From: Neoechinorhynchus agilis
Lineage: Eukaryota > Animalia > Acanthocephala
Assembly: GCA_051530055.1 (NCBI GenBank)
Contig: CM121341.1
Location: 1,426,001-1,490,000 of the forward strand
Direction: 5' to 3'
DNA: 64,000 nt
This document shows, one piece after another, positions 12,851-26,243 of this stretch. Positions within the stretch are counted from its first letter, which is position 1. Each line of letters starts with the position of its first letter. A program made the position numbers and the translations under genes. Under the pieces are notes generated by a model. It worked only from the letters and a program-made list of their open reading frames with translations. It did not search any database and was not told where the DNA came from.

Positions 12851-14169
12851 TGGAAAATTACGAGAGCTCTTGAATTATGCGAAAAAACTGGCCTATCTAA
12901 AAAATATATTAGATAATCGATTAAAATAGGGCTCAATGGGTAGATTTTTTAAATTACGGTGTTTGCGGTTATGCTCACAGATAACTATGATAAATCTTGA
13001 ATTATACATCTGAACGAAATCCGACGCCTGATTTTAGTTCATTGAATAAAACCGTCGAGAAGGATCCCCTTCTGAAATCTGTTGTCTTTGTAATTTTGAT
13101 TACTTCTATTAGGTAAAATCTTAAAAATTTATAATTGCTGAGAATAAACGCTGTTCGCGGTCAATTTGGCAAATTGATTCTGCGAAGAATACTATAGCGC
13201 CCATGTTTCAGTGTTGTAAGAAAGATCTGGACATCTCGAGATTTTAATCTCAGGCGCAATTTCGTGCCATTGCTTTTGATAAACAAAAATTAGCTATATT
13301 TGATTCCTAGTTGAGATGAGTGCTGATCTTCGTTTCGCGTTGAAATCATTCAATTGCTAGATTAGATTTTTCCACAAACATTCCAAAATCAAATAATAAG
13401 ACTTCACGAATGGCACGTTTTGGCAAAATTTAACTTTAAGTATTCTTATTTTAAATCGACAGAGACAATTTTTATAACTCCTAAGTTTTTTCAAATCCAA
13501 ACCTTTCAGTATTGAGTCATGCAATGAAATGGGACAAAATATCGCAGTCTGTATATTAAATGAACAATTAATTTAATAGCTTATTTTCTTCATCGATTTA
13601 TTGCAATATCGTTTTTCATCTTTGACGAGGATATGGTTTTATCTTTTGCGAGAGTTGGGCGATTTGGCTATGCTCGTACATTGTAAGTTTTTACCATAAT
13701 CTCCCTTTTGTCATTTTAACGAATAATTCGTATAATCGCTTTTGGCACAAAAATAAACGATCAATTTATAGACTCAGCCCGTTAGGATCGCTTTTAAAGG
13801 TTTAAAATCTTCTTAACAAAGAAAGATGTAAATGATATACAAAACGATAATTCAAGCTAAAACTGATCGTTGGAATATCAACCTTCTTGTTATTATATTC
13901 ATGCTTTCCAGCATAAGTGCATGATTTTTCTAAATTTATATTTTCACGAGTTGGCAAACGAAAATAAGAATTCTATCCAATTGTTCCTCCGAGTGGATGT
14001 GTATTCCAAATGGCGAATTGTAACACACTCGATCTTTATTATTGAACTCTCTATTGCGAACGAAGTGTCCTTGAATTGTGTCCAGATTTCATACCAACAA
14101 CAAGAGTCAAGGACATAGATATTGGATGTATCACTGAGGCAATGAATAAAAGAGTGAATGACTACATGC

Positions 14170-15930
14170 TCTGTGATATCGTTCACTACGGCAAAATGGC
14201 TTTGCGAGAGAATAAGAATAACTGAAACAAGGACAATATGTCAAAGTAGGAAATGCATGCGTTGAAATTATTGAAAGAGGACAAAACTATAAGAGCATGT
14301 CGAGCGGACAAAGGGAAAGCATTAGTCGTGCTAAACACAACGGACTATATCAAGGCGGGTATGGATATATTGAAAGCAGACCAATTCCAATAACTTAAGA
14401 AGGACCCAACTGCGATAAGAGAACGTGGATTTAACAGTTACTTGAACGGTTTTAAGTTGGCCAGGAAAATTTAGAGAATAAGACCTACTAACGCGGAGCC
14501 GGGTTTCATGCACCTGCTAACAAAAGTTCATAAACCATTTCTGAAGGTAAGACCGATCATTGGGTATTTGGAAACTCCAGCATCATACGTTAAAGATGAC
14601 CCGTCATTTGTTGAAACAATCGGAAAATACGATCAAGGGAACCACTTCCTTTGGACTACTACTTTCGAATGTGCCGATAAAGGAAACAACTATCTTAGCC
14701 GTGGATTTACTTTCTAAACGATGATTTGATCCCAAGCTGGATATGGACGTTTGGTCAGTACTGATTGATCATTGCACGACGAAGTCTGATTTCTCATTCG
14801 AAAAAAATTCTAGTACCAGACGAACGGAGTGGCAATGGGATCACCGTTAGGACCAGCGTTGGCCAACATCTATATGATAGAATATGAGAAGTAACTGAGA
14901 TCGAAGTCTCCTGAGATTGTGGCGTGGTGGAGGTACATTGAAGATGTGTTTGCGGGGACTAACAAGGATCCTATTAAAATGAACTTAGAGGAACAAATTG
15001 GACGGAATACATCCGTCGATAAAGTGGAGCATCACCCCAGAGGACGACCAGGATCAGCTTCTTAGATGTGTTGATACAACGACAAGGAGCTTTAATCACG
15101 ACGTCGTTATTCCATAAGCCAGGTATACCTTGGGGACGAACCATTGGAGAAACCACGGAACTACCAAGTACAAAATCAATGCTGCAGCAAACAGTTTCAA
15201 GCGAGTCATAAAAATCGCAAACAATGCCCATGGGATGAGGAAGGGCATAGAGAGCATCTTTGTAAAACCTCAGGACCTTGAGTACCCGGCATACGCTATA
15301 AGGATGGCATTGGCTAGAGCGAAGAGCACGGCGGAAAGTGATGGTAGAGACGGTTTGGAGAGGAAAATCATTCGAGCTAAGCTCATCTCAACGAGGACGG
15401 GTAACACGCTGACATACTTGTTCAGAAAATCGAACTCGACGAACCTGGTTCCCTACTATCCGTCAGGACTAAAACTGAGCGAGATATTGAAAGTGAAACC
15501 ATCACAGCTTATGGAAAATCGATGCGTGGTATATTCGATACCCTGTAAGGATTGTGACCAGGTCTATGTTGGACAGACAAAACAGGGAATGCGAAAAAGA
15601 GTCAAGCAACATGAGTATCCCCTACGACGAAGTGACATGTCGTCACCTTTATTCAATCAAGCTATCAAATACGACCACAGAATCGATTTTGAAAACGCGT
15701 GTACAAGGATGGCCGAGAGGAACCTACAAAGCAGGTTGATAAAAGAGTCTCTGCTCATTAACATGGAGGAAACAATGGAAGGGAACAAGAACAATAATTC
15801 TCTAAGATTTCCGACCAGGAATCCCCATGGGTCTTTTGCGCAGGTTGGGGTGAAACATCACCTCAGGAATCGACGGTCCCGCGCACCCGAGTCAACGCTA
15901 CCAACTTAAGTACCCTCACCACATCCTCGT
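14170..15930 (+). mobile_element. Penelope-like element 1 (RT plus GIY-YIG), degraded
   Basis: VRPII, GVAMGSPLGPALANIYM and FLDVLI RT motifs. GIY-YIG motif VVYSIPCKDCDQVYVGQT...RVKQH. Confidence 0.9.
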
Positions 15931-18240
15931 GAACTTTTTGGTTACCTCTTCAGTTATATTGCTTGTAAGTTTTCTACAATTTCAGCCCAACTTACAAGCG
16001 GTGTGCATCGTAACTCGACTGAGGCATATAAAGGCAAGAAACGAAAAAATAAAATGATAATTGTCTCGAAACGCGATACTTTGATAAAAATTCCGAATTC
16101 TCTTCATTGAACCGAACATTTAGTTTCACCAATGGATCCCGCAGTATGTGACATTCTTCAAGGCTTTCTTGACCGAGTGGAAAACCTGCTACAAAATCCA
16201 ATATCCGGAGTCGATCCTTCAAACGTTCAAATATCTACGAGTACTCATATCACAAGCAGCTTGGAGTAACAAATGGGAGCGAGGGATTCAGTGATAGTCG
16301 ACTCAATCCACCAGCAAATCAAAGTGAATTGGCCGATTTTCTTGGCGTTCGCAATGATTCACCGAGAATAACAAACCAGTTTCCTGCGAGTGTTCCAGCT
16401 CCACAAGTGAACCTGATGAACGAGCATATGGCCAGCATGAGATCAGTCGCTCCAATAATCGTTGCTTTCCTTCCAGTGTTATTTGATTTTGTGAATCGAT
16501 CTTCGGGCAATGCTCAAAACAATAATCATAGAACAGCTTCTACGGCGACGCAAAACGCTCCAGGATTTATTGGACGAAATGTGCCTAAAATTCAACAATA
16601 ACCAATATTCAGTGAACAATCCTGACTTGTAAAACAGCTTGACAACATGATTCGAAGGGAATCTACAAATTGCAATAACGCCGGGATACTTGGACTTGAA
16701 ATTGTTAATGGGGTTTTAGATTCAGAGCACGGCTTAGAAAACATTCCTTCGCGTTTGCTTAAAAGCAAAACAATAACACCTTGTCTTCTTTGTGGCACCA
16801 ATGAATGTGTTTCCTGGTATTACAAAAGAGAAAAAGTCTCGTGTGGCAAATGTGCAAATACCCTTTTCGGAACAGCCGAAGATTCAAATAAAAAAGGTGG
16901 TGGTAATCGCGTTCAAAATGCAAACACTTAAAACATATCGGCTTGTCTGAGTTCTTCAAAGTATCGACAGTCAACAAATGAGCAAATTAGTTGTCAAAAA
17001 TGCTATAGAGCGAAAGGTTCTTCTTGGTACCGCCTCAAACCCAAGACTTAAAATAACAACAACATTCAACGGGAATTCAACCCAGCCGAAACAGTTCCAA
17101 TACCGTAAACGCTGATCGCGTACAGCAACAGAACTCCCGCGATGACAAAATCTGTTTTTTGTGCAAGATAAACCAAAGTTCGAGATGGCAAAAGTTCGGG
17201 GAATTGTGCATTTGCCAAAAAAACATGGATTTGTCTACATCCCAATTATGGCACAATTGGCAAACATTCAAGCTGTAGCTGGGCAACAAACAAGCGCTTC
17301 TTTGGGAGCAGCGCAAACGAATGCTTTAAACCAAAATATTGTTCAAGCGCCAACACAAGCGACGAATCCTACGTTCAGTGATGCTCAAGAATTAACTTCA
17401 AATGAAAATCCTGTTCCAGAGAGTTCGAAACATCATTATTCCACCAGCGACAGGCGTTGCGATTTGGCTTGGAACAGATCAAAGTTCAATCTGGTACACT
17501 TATGAACATATGAGTATGTGTCAAGAATGCATTGGATCCGTCGTTCCTTCGATTAAAAATCTGTAAGGATCGTATGATCCACATCGCCGCTGCAATGATT
17601 CGTATTGCTCAAAATGTTCAGTGAAAGAGAGCATCGAATGGTACAGCTACGGGCGATTTAAATTCTGCGAAACGTGTATAGGAACTATCGTTCCTATATC
17701 CAAGCTTCGACCGGAAAACGTTCAATCAACTGATGTTCAAACATTGCTAAACGAACCAGCTCGTGAGACTCCGACGAGAAATCCGAAAACCAATTTGTAG
17801 ATAATACCGAAACTCGGCAAGCAAATGATGAGTTAAGCTGCCATCTTTGCGGTGCGAAAATCACCGAAGGAACATCTTTGCATCCTGGGACTGAAATATG
17901 CGAAATTTGCTAGTTTGTCCGCAAAAGCAATCGAGGAATCCTTGAATACTATCCCGATTCCGGAGACATTCCCGAAACAATCTCAGGTTGAGACGCCACA
18001 TCCAGCAAATTATTCCAGTTTAAAGCAATTGATCGAAATGGTGCACAGTGGATCAATTGTACCACAACCCGGGATCGCTGAAAGCTCATCGATGTATAAT
18101 TCTGATGGATTGTGTCAAGCGAGAACGTCGAAATCCTAACGACTTTATATCCAAACACTTAAACAAACGTCGACTTTGTTGTCGATGCAAAGATATTACA
18201 AAAACACTTCGGTATCGTGGCAAATGTCCACCAACTTTCA
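15930..18240 (+). repeat. Degenerate copy of the Cys-rich (GATA-like finger) element
   Basis: Homologous to 24490-25900 and broken by stops. Contains CLLC-x16-CGKC. Confidence 0.8.
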
Positions 18241-18734
18241 GTCGTTGGTGGAGAGTGGCCTATACTCTACAGATTTTCACGAATCGTGCGACCTTCATAG
18301 CTCATAATATCGGTTGCTTGAACTCTAAGGAAAGCATCAAAGAATTTAAAGACAAGTTTCACGTCCTATTAAAATTCCAATTCAAGTAAAAGAAACAGGC
18401 AAACCTATTCCTGTGGCAGTGGTAGAAGCGGACGTGAACCAAGTGCAAGTGTTATGTGCTAAACGATGGATTTTCCAATGTATGGAAATTTCCTTCACAA
18501 GAAACGCAACCACCAAAACAATTTACACATTTCGGCAATGTAACATTTGTATACAATGGGAAGTTGGTTTTGTTCAGAACTCCATCATATGTCCGTCTCG
18601 AATAACAAAACGGTCAAGTGCGGGGATTGTGGTGGTGAGGAACGTCAAAGCTATACCCAGCGAAACTTGAGCTTCCGAACATCGATTATTGTTGTAAAGA
18701 AATTAATCATTATTGTTTCAATTTCACTTAGCGA

Positions 18735-19344
18735 TATTCACTCAGAAAATTGATTTATATTGAAAATTTTCGGCCTTTTCGTTGGCCTTCTTCAGTCAGA
18801 TCTACAACTTAAAAGGAACGTTATCAATTAGTTTATCCGGTGGGACTCGTAGATTGAGTTTGTAGTCAGCTTTGTTGCCAACAAAAGTACCTGTTTGCTG
18901 GATCATGATGGCTTCCATGGTCACTCTGTCGCGTCTTACGTCACTCCTCGCAAGAACTTCGACGCCGTCAAAATTCATCTCATGCTTATTGCCATTGATG
19001 TGGGACACTATCGCCGAGCTCACATCAGACTTTTTAAGAGCTGCTCTTGTGTGTTCAGCAATCCTTCTTTTTAGATTGTTCGTTTGTCCCACATATGACA
19101 GACTGCAATTCGAACATGGGATCTTATAAACACATCCAGCAGGAAGATCTTCATTCTTCGGTCGGAGTATTCCTTGCCGAGTCCTTCCCTTCCTACTATA
19201 TGTACTGAACACCTTGTCCCTATCGATTCGTTTTATTAGGGTTTCTATTTTAGAGTTCCATTGATCACTGATAAATGGCGTCTCAATAAATTGCTTCTTT
19301 TCATGAAACTTCTGGAAAATGAACCTTGAATCCAGAAGTTTCAT
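18735..19344 (-). mobile_element. Penelope-like element 2, 3' end (GIY-YIG domain plus hammerhead motif)
   Basis: CVYKIPCSNCSLSYVGQTNNLKRRIAEH. The stop is followed immediately by CTGAAGAAGGCC-AACGAAAA-GGCCGAAAATTTTC. Confidence 0.9.
18762..18805 (-). ncRNA. Minimal type I hammerhead ribozyme motif of Penelope-like element 2 (also at about 6470, 27400, 47150 and 12 times in 27.7-32.5 kb)
   Basis: CUGAAGA core, GGCC/GGCC stem II, GAAA, and palindromic GAAAAUUUUC in place of helix III. Confidence 0.7.
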
Positions 19345-19774
19345 CTTCGTATTTTTAAGTGTGACATTGTTTTAAGTTCTTATAAGCGAGCCTTTTTCCC
19401 GGACTTCGTTCATTTCACGTTTAAGAGAAATTGACTTAGATCCCTGCGTTTTCAAAAACAATAACCAAGCACAATTTTGTTTCTTTTAATATATAAACAC
19501 GAACCGTACACTTTAAAGCGAGCAAAAAAGCATCAATTCCGATGGGTGAGCGCTTTTAAAAAAATGGGAAAGGGAGCTTTCCGAGCGCGATTCCAAAGAG
19601 GGTGCAAATTCGTATCGTTTTTAAAGAAAGTGGTTTCTCGAAAAAGAAACTAAGCCTGAGACTGCAACACAACATGAAACTCTCATAATTGTTTTGTATA
19701 TTTTTTTAATGTCGTTAATTTCATTAATAACATTTTAGTAAAGGTTAACAATCTGTTTGAAACACACTCACCAC

Positions 19775-19975
19775 CTCCCGCCAAATTCCAGCTTTTGTCC
19801 TTCCTCGACCGTCGCCATCACGCTGGCAGCATTGCCTCGTTGTACTGCCAGCGAGATATTTTGTCGAAGGAATACGCCTGCTCTTGAGTCTCCGGTTGCC
19901 TCTCAATTTCTTCGAGAGATCCTTTTCAAATTACTTGCCAAATGCATTTTAACCTTTGCGACCTTAAGAAGCTTC
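19775..19975 (-). mobile_element. CRE-like element C-terminal REL endonuclease fragment
   Basis: Minus-strand translation TGDSRAGVFLRQNISLAVQRGNAASVMAT, a typical CRE-clade C-terminus. Confidence 0.7.
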
Positions 19976-21100
19976 CAAATTTTTGATTTCAGTGAAGAAC
20001 ACCGCATTTTATGCCAATCACAACGATTCGAGAGTTTAATTATCTTTCATTTCTTCAATGTCCCCTCTGAGATGCAATCGCATCTTTGGTCGTCATTGGG
20101 CTTTGGCTGCTCGCCAATACTTACTGCTTGTAAGTTTTTAAATATTCGAGTTCGTGTGAAATTCTTCTAAACTATTCGCGTTGTGAGCTCGCTCTTTTAT
20201 GAGAAAACGAAACTTTTTAGGTAAATACCTCACCAAAATAGTGCCATTTTTTGCCCAGACTACGATGATGTAACTTAGAGTTTTATTTCTAAATTCAAAG
20301 AAGTTTATCGAATGGGTCCTAATTTTGTAGATGGTCATTGTATAGGAATTTTCGTCGTAAAAAACGATGAGCATCAACGTTTAAAGTTGGTGAGCGTAAT
20401 CCCGGTTAAAGATTCCTTTATTATTCGGAAATATTTCGAAAGCGGAAACCTCGCCTCATCAGTCATCTAAAAAGGTTTGTGTAACAGTTCTTTTTATTTG
20501 TTTGGCCTTTTTAGCTCGGGTTGAGAATATGTCCGCTCGTATTCCCTGCATTGTGTAGCGCTTTTAATTCATTTTCATCAGGTAACTGATAGCCAATTTT
20601 AAACTGAAGCTCGAATTGTTACCTTCCGTGGTGTCGGTTGCCGAGATGTATGTAAGGCCTCTCAACATTCTTTTATTTTCTTATTAGTTCATCGAACATT
20701 TTTCAGCTTTTTCAGAGCACTTTACGTTTTTTGAACAAAACATTATTGATTATAACACATTCGCAACCAAGCCATCGGGGAAACTCGGTGCCGGTCCCAA
20801 GCCCGGACAAATGGGGAGGGTTGACGTCAGGAAGGGCATCCGGCCTTAAAACCCTGTGCCAAAACTATCTATGCCAATGTCAAGTTCTTTAATTTCGAAC
20901 GATCTGACAAGGGCATACCCCTTATGCGACGCGCAGACTCGGCGCCCGGAGGATGCGAAAAATGAATTAGGGTTATCGGGTAAGCGACGGGCCTGGCTAA
21001 AGAAACGAGTCGTCATAAAAATGGGAATTCGTTAAATGACAGGGAGATACCGAGAAGTTGTAGATTTGATGAGCAGAAGAAAAATTCAGAATACTCGGGA
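19969..21100. repeat. Dispersed repeat of about 1.1 kb, inverted relative to about 36330-37490 (upstream flank plus RTE family 2 5' end)
   Basis: Reverse-complement co-linearity with scattered substitutions and indels. Confidence 0.85.
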
Positions 21101-21900
21101 TTGTCCTAGGAAATGAGGAGATGAAGATGAACGCGCCCTGGACGACATTATTAGCAGATGATCTGCTGCTCACGGCGAGGGACTCGGTGACACTCGAGAA
21201 AATATTGAAGAGTCGGCGACAGCTCTTAGAAAGCAATGGCCTGAAAATTAGCAGGAGCAAAACGATATGGGACCAGGCGAAGTAGGCATGCAGGAAGTTA
21301 ACGTCGAAAAGAGGAACAACTTCAAATATCTGGGCAGCCTGCTAAGCATGTCCTGTGAACATGCGCCAGAGATCGGACAAAGATTTCAATGCGGGTGGAA
21401 TAACTGGAAAAGAGTAACGGGCATCCTGTGCGATAAACGTCTCCTGAACAAGCTCAAACGGAGCGTGTACAAAGTCGTGGGAAGACTTGCAATGGTATAC
21501 GCAGCGGAGACTTGGGCTACAAAAAAGGAGAATATACAAAGATTGACCGTAAATGAAATGAGGACGCTGAGATGGTCAGCTGGAGTAACACGCAGAGATA
21601 AAATACCCCAAGGCCGAGATTAGAAAAATGTTCCACGTCGAGCCGGTGCAGGAAGTGATATCCAAAAGAAGAATGCGATGGTTCCATCATGTCGAGCAAC
21701 GAGCGGAAGACGATTGGATAAAGAGCGCCGGACATACTGAGACCAAGGGGAAGAGGAAACGGGGAAGGCCGAAAAAAGATGGATAGTGTGATGGAGGACC
21801 TAAGACGATTGGATGAAGTTTGATTTTTAAGGATAAGCTAACAAAGCGACCTCTCTAGTATGAGAGAAAGCTATAAGGAGTGTGGGTGTGTGAGTATAAC
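20760..21900 (+). mobile_element. RTE family 2 copy with a large internal deletion
   Basis: 5' UTR and APE start are fused to late RT (ADDLLL, GLKISRSKT, FKYLGS, MLRW-like, RGRPKKRW-like 3' region). Ends in a TG-rich tail. Confidence 0.85.
20763..20826 (+). ncRNA. Twister ribozyme (P1 type) at the 5' end of RTE family 2
   Basis: Core GCCGGTCCCAAGCCCGGA...GGAGGG. P1 CAACC/GGTTG, P2 CCAT/ATGG, extra GNRA hairpin CGGG-GAAA-CTCG. Confidence 0.75.
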
Positions 21901-22039
21901 AGATTCACATCATATTCCTATGATTGTAATAATAACTAACATTCAGCCTTAGTCATCAATTCATAATCGCAGTTTTATTTTACGTTTCCCTTCGATTCCT
22001 AACCCACTTTAAAATAAAACCAACATTTTTGCCAGTTTT

Positions 22040-22400
22040 GCAAAATACGGGATAACCGCAGGTGAGGCATGGTAAGCTAAAGCAGAAGTAAAACCTGTAG
22101 AGATCGGGTGAAGGTATTCCTAAATGTCGGAGGCGTTTGAGAGGATAAATTTTAAAGGCGCTGCGATTGAGAGAGACTGATCTGTGAGTCCCATTTCAAA
22201 TTTGATTGAAATTGGATACCCATAATTCTTAGGGAGGTAACTCGTAGGATGTCATTTAGAAGCTCAGGGGACGATGTGGAGTTGCAGGGGAGAGAGGGGA
22301 CCATTTCGAAGCATTTAGAGAAATTAAGATGGAGTTTGTAATTAATGCAGAAATCTTTTGTGTGTGATTTCTTTAGAGGTTAAGGAAACCTCTCCTTCTT
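22040..22400 (-). mobile_element. L2/CR1-like RT C-terminal fragment
   Basis: Minus-strand translation LRVTSLRIMGIQFQSNLKWDSQI and ILKRLRHLGIP. Confidence 0.6.
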
Positions 22401-24551
22401 AGTAAATACGGATTGCTCAACACAAATATGCGTGCAAACGATTTGACCATTCATCCGCAATCGCTAATCACACGTAGAGGATGCAGCACAGGATAGCCTT
22501 TGATGAAGCCAGCTTTATCTCTTCCCAACCTGTCCTACTAAAACGTCTTATAATGAAAGCAATGATGATTGCTTCGACGAAAAATACGATGGAGGGCACT
22601 AAGTCGAACTTTAGTTTCAAACTACCTCCATTGCACAATCTCAGGGGCTTCAGAGGACCAAAACAACAGTCCGGAAACACGGGTCTGGCACTTTCGGGAT
22701 CCCTAGCTACTGCATCCACTACGAATCAAGGGCGCGAAAATGCGATCACGTAACCAAACGATTCTTGATTTTTGAAGTTGGATTAATGCTTGAGAATGCT
22801 GGATTTGCCCAACGAAATATCACAATAAATCAATATCTTTATTGTCCGGAGAGTAGGAATCACCTCAGCAACAATATAATACCTCCGAGGAGCCTTTTAC
22901 ATCAGAATAATTTTTTATCTAACCGATGAAATATTTCGTCATTCATTAATACTTAAAAACTGAGAACCCTAATCACTTTCAAAATAACGAGCAATAACTG
23001 CGGAATTCACGACCGTTTTTGGTCATTGTTGAGTTTCGAAAAATAGGAGAATTTATATGCTTAAGGAAAGCTTAATTAACACCGCATTTTTATTTTATTG
23101 AATTATCGTATCTTTTTCAATCTTCGCTTACATAAAGAATTTTTAATTACCATTAATTTTTTATAAGATTGTTCGTCCAATTCCATTATCAACGATTAAA
23201 ATGTGTGTTCAGAATTAAGTTGTAAATCATATCTTTTTATCACCTGAAGTGAATCTACAAGGTTAGAAGCGTTGAAAGTCAATAAATCTTTTGTCTGTTT
23301 AGATGCCGTCGATTTTTTTACAACAGCAAAAAAACGCCAATTACATTTTTAAACTGCAACAACTGAAAGGCTAACGTCCTCGACTACAGAATCAATGATA
23401 CATTCAACCCGACGATTGGAAATTGATTATTGGTGCAATTGTATTGTCGACTTTTGTTATCATTGTTTTTATGGTTTGCATCGTAAGTCGCCTCAGATAT
23501 AGAAAAGCAAGAAATGAAAAGTAAAATGAAAATTGTCTCGAACGGATTTTATTTGAAACTGCCTTCCTAGAAAAATAAAAAGTTCGATCGATTCTTTTAG
23601 CAGAATTATAAAATTGAACATGTAAGAAGGTATTACGGATTCACACGCCTCAAAACAGTATAAACTATTTATATTTTCGTTACCCTCATTTGGCATTTTA
23701 GTAGAAACATTACTGGTGCCTGAAGCATAAAATGCTTTTCGGCCGCCAATGAGATCACAGCATAGTTACAAGCAACGATTGTTCCTTCCGTTGGGCCTCA
23801 ATCCTTTATTTTTAAAATAAAGTTAGTACATTGAACGAAACAATAGTTAGAAAAATCGTTCAGTGATATTTAAATTTAGATACAAATACACAAAAGTTTG
23901 TCGTACAAAAAACCAGAAAAGCAATGCATGAAATCGGGGTTTGCGCTTTACAGTAATGTTATGGTAAGAAACCACTTGTATTGAATTTGAAGGAAATTTA
24001 CAATTGCGTTAAAAAATTTATTTTAGACTACGCTTTCAATCGAAAAATATATGCGTTTTTCAAAAACAAACAATATTTTTATCATTCATGCGGCTTGAAA
24101 ATCAAGTAGTATTTCACAAGGCTAACGTTCAAAGCAAATAATATTTCATATTTCAGAACGTTTTGAGCTGGAAAGCAAGCTGTTCAAGAAGGTAGTATTT
24201 TAAGTTCCTAAACGAACACACCCGGCCTTCAAAAGTTCTAACTTTTTATGTTTTTTTACGTCTGTTAGTTTACAATATTATTAGTTTTTGTTTGCAAAAC
24301 ATTTGCTGATTACAAAGTCACGACACACAAAAAGGTTAATACCTGCATATTCTAAGGGGAGAAAACATTATGGAAAACACATCCAAGAAGCTCCCATGAA
24401 ACTGTATGAGCGACGAGTACAAAACAAGCTCATTCGTCAAATCATTGTTTCTCTGAAAAATCTCGGATCATTCGTCTTAGTTAAGATAGAACGCGACACT
24501 TTTATAAAAATTCCGAATTCTCGTCATTAAACCGAACATTTAGTTTCACCA

Positions 24552-26243
24552 ATGGATCCCGCAGTATATGACATTCTTCGATGCCTCCTTGACCGAGTGG
24601 AAAACCTGCTACAAAATCCAGGCTCGGGAGTCGATCCTTCAAACGTTCACATACCTTCGAGTTCTCGTGTCACAGGGAGATTAGGGCAACAAATTGGAGC
24701 GAGAGATTCAAGTGATAGTCGACTCAATCCACCAACAAATCAAAATGAATTGGCCGACCTTCTTGGTCTGCGCAATGATACACCGAGAATTACAAACCAG
24801 TTTCTTGCGAGTGTTCCAGTTCCACAAGTGAACTTCATCAACGAGCCAATGGTCGCCATGAGATCAGTCGCTCCAATAATCACTGCTTCCCAAGCGCCAA
24901 CACAAACGACGAATCCTTCGTTCAGTGATGCTCAAGAATTGACCTCAAACGAAAATCCTGCACCGGAGAGTTCGCAACATCATCATTGCACCAACGATCG
25001 GCGCTGCCATTGCTGTTTAACAGATCAAAGTTCAAGCTGGTACACTTATGGACATATGAGTATATGTCAAGAATGCATTGGATCCGTCGTTCCATCGACT
25101 GATAATCTTCAAGAATCGTATAATCCACATGGCCGCTGCAATGATTCATCTTGCTCAAAATGTTCAGCGAATGAGAGCACCGAATGGTACAGCTATGGGC
25201 AATTTAAATTCTGCGAAACGTGCATCGGAACTATCATTCCTGGATCCAAGCTTCCACCGGAAAACGTTCAATCAACTGATGTTCAAACATTACCAAACGA
25301 ACCAGCTCATGAGACTCCGACGAGAAATCCGGAAAATGAATTTGTCGGTAATACCGAAACTCAGCAAGCGAATGATGAGTTAAGCTGCCATCTTTGCTGT
25401 GCGAAAATCACCGAAGGAACATCTTTGCATCCTGGGACTGAAATATGCGAAATTTGCTACAGTTTGTCCGCAAAAGCAATCGAGGAATCCTTGAATACTA
25501 CCCGAATTCCGGAAACATCCCCGAAACAATCTCAGGTTGAGCCGCCACATCCAGCAAATGACTCGCGTTTAAACCAATTGATCGAAATGGTGCACAGTGG
25601 ATCAATTGTACCAGAACCCGGAATCGCTGAAAGCTCATCGATGTATGATTCTGATGGATTGTGTCAATGCGAGACTTGTATGAAATTTAAAAACCCGGTT
25701 AATCAAAGTGCGGCAAGCAGCATCGGTCGACAAATTGACAAATCTGAAACTGTGAATGCGCCAATCGCTGTAACGGAAAAGGCAGTAACGAAGTCAGATA
25801 AGCAAGAACGTCGGAATCCTAACGATTCCAGGTTCAAGCACTTAAACCAACGTCTATTTTGTTGTCGGTGCAAGAAAATCACAAAACCACTCCGGTATCG
25901 TCGCGGTAATTTATTTTACTGCCAACGATGTTTTCAACTTGAACAAACCGCGGCGTCTGGATCCATAGCGAATCCTTTAGCTGGTTCATCTTTCGCCGCA
26001 CCAGTTGCACATTTTATAGCGGTAACGCGAGCCGAGGAAGATAGCATTGAACGCTTTATTGATCATCAAACAGCATTTTGCCTCGAAGCGCCATCAATCA
26101 AAACGGATTATTTGGAAAACAGTAAATCTACAGCAACGACTCAAGCGAGTGTTCGATTGGCTAGGCAATCACAAGAACGAGATGATGATCAAAGTGCAGA
26201 ATCAAAAAAATGTGAACAATGCAATCAACGCTTCATCCCTTGA
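24552..26243 (+). CDS. Intact 563-aa Cys-rich ORF with four C-x2-C-x16-C-x2-C GATA-like fingers, part of a multi-copy element (about 22940-26250)
   Basis: CHCC-x16-CQEC, CSKC-x16-CETC, CHLC-x16-CEIC and CCRC-x16-CQRC. The first two have Trp 8 residues after the second Cys, as in GATA fingers. Confidence 0.75.
   Translation: MDPAVYDILRCLLDRVENLLQNPGSGVDPSNVHIPSSSRVTGRLGQQIGARDSSDSRLNPPTNQNELADLLGLRNDTPRITNQFLASVPVPQVNFINEPMVAMRSVAPIITASQAPTQTTNPSFSDAQELTSNENPAPESSQHHHCTNDRRCHCCLTDQSSSWYTYGHMSICQECIGSVVPSTDNLQESYNPHGRCNDSSCSKCSANESTEWYSYGQFKFCETCIGTIIPGSKLPPENVQSTDVQTLPNEPAHETPTRNPENEFVGNTETQQANDELSCHLCCAKITEGTSLHPGTEICEICYSLSAKAIEESLNTTRIPETSPKQSQVEPPHPANDSRLNQLIEMVHSGSIVPEPGIAESSSMYDSDGLCQCETCMKFKNPVNQSAASSIGRQIDKSETVNAPIAVTEKAVTKSDKQERRNPNDSRFKHLNQRLFCCRCKKITKPLRYRRGNLFYCQRCFQLEQTAASGSIANPLAGSSFAAPVAHFIAVTRAEEDSIERFIDHQTAFCLEAPSIKTDYLENSKSTATTQASVRLARQSQERDDDQSAESKKCEQCNQRFIP

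Noticed and set aside
12860-14170. Hidden gene or upstream IPO4 exons in AT-rich DNA
   Set aside because: Only short ORFs without recognisable motifs. The same applies to 46.9-49.1 kb and 52-53.4 kb.
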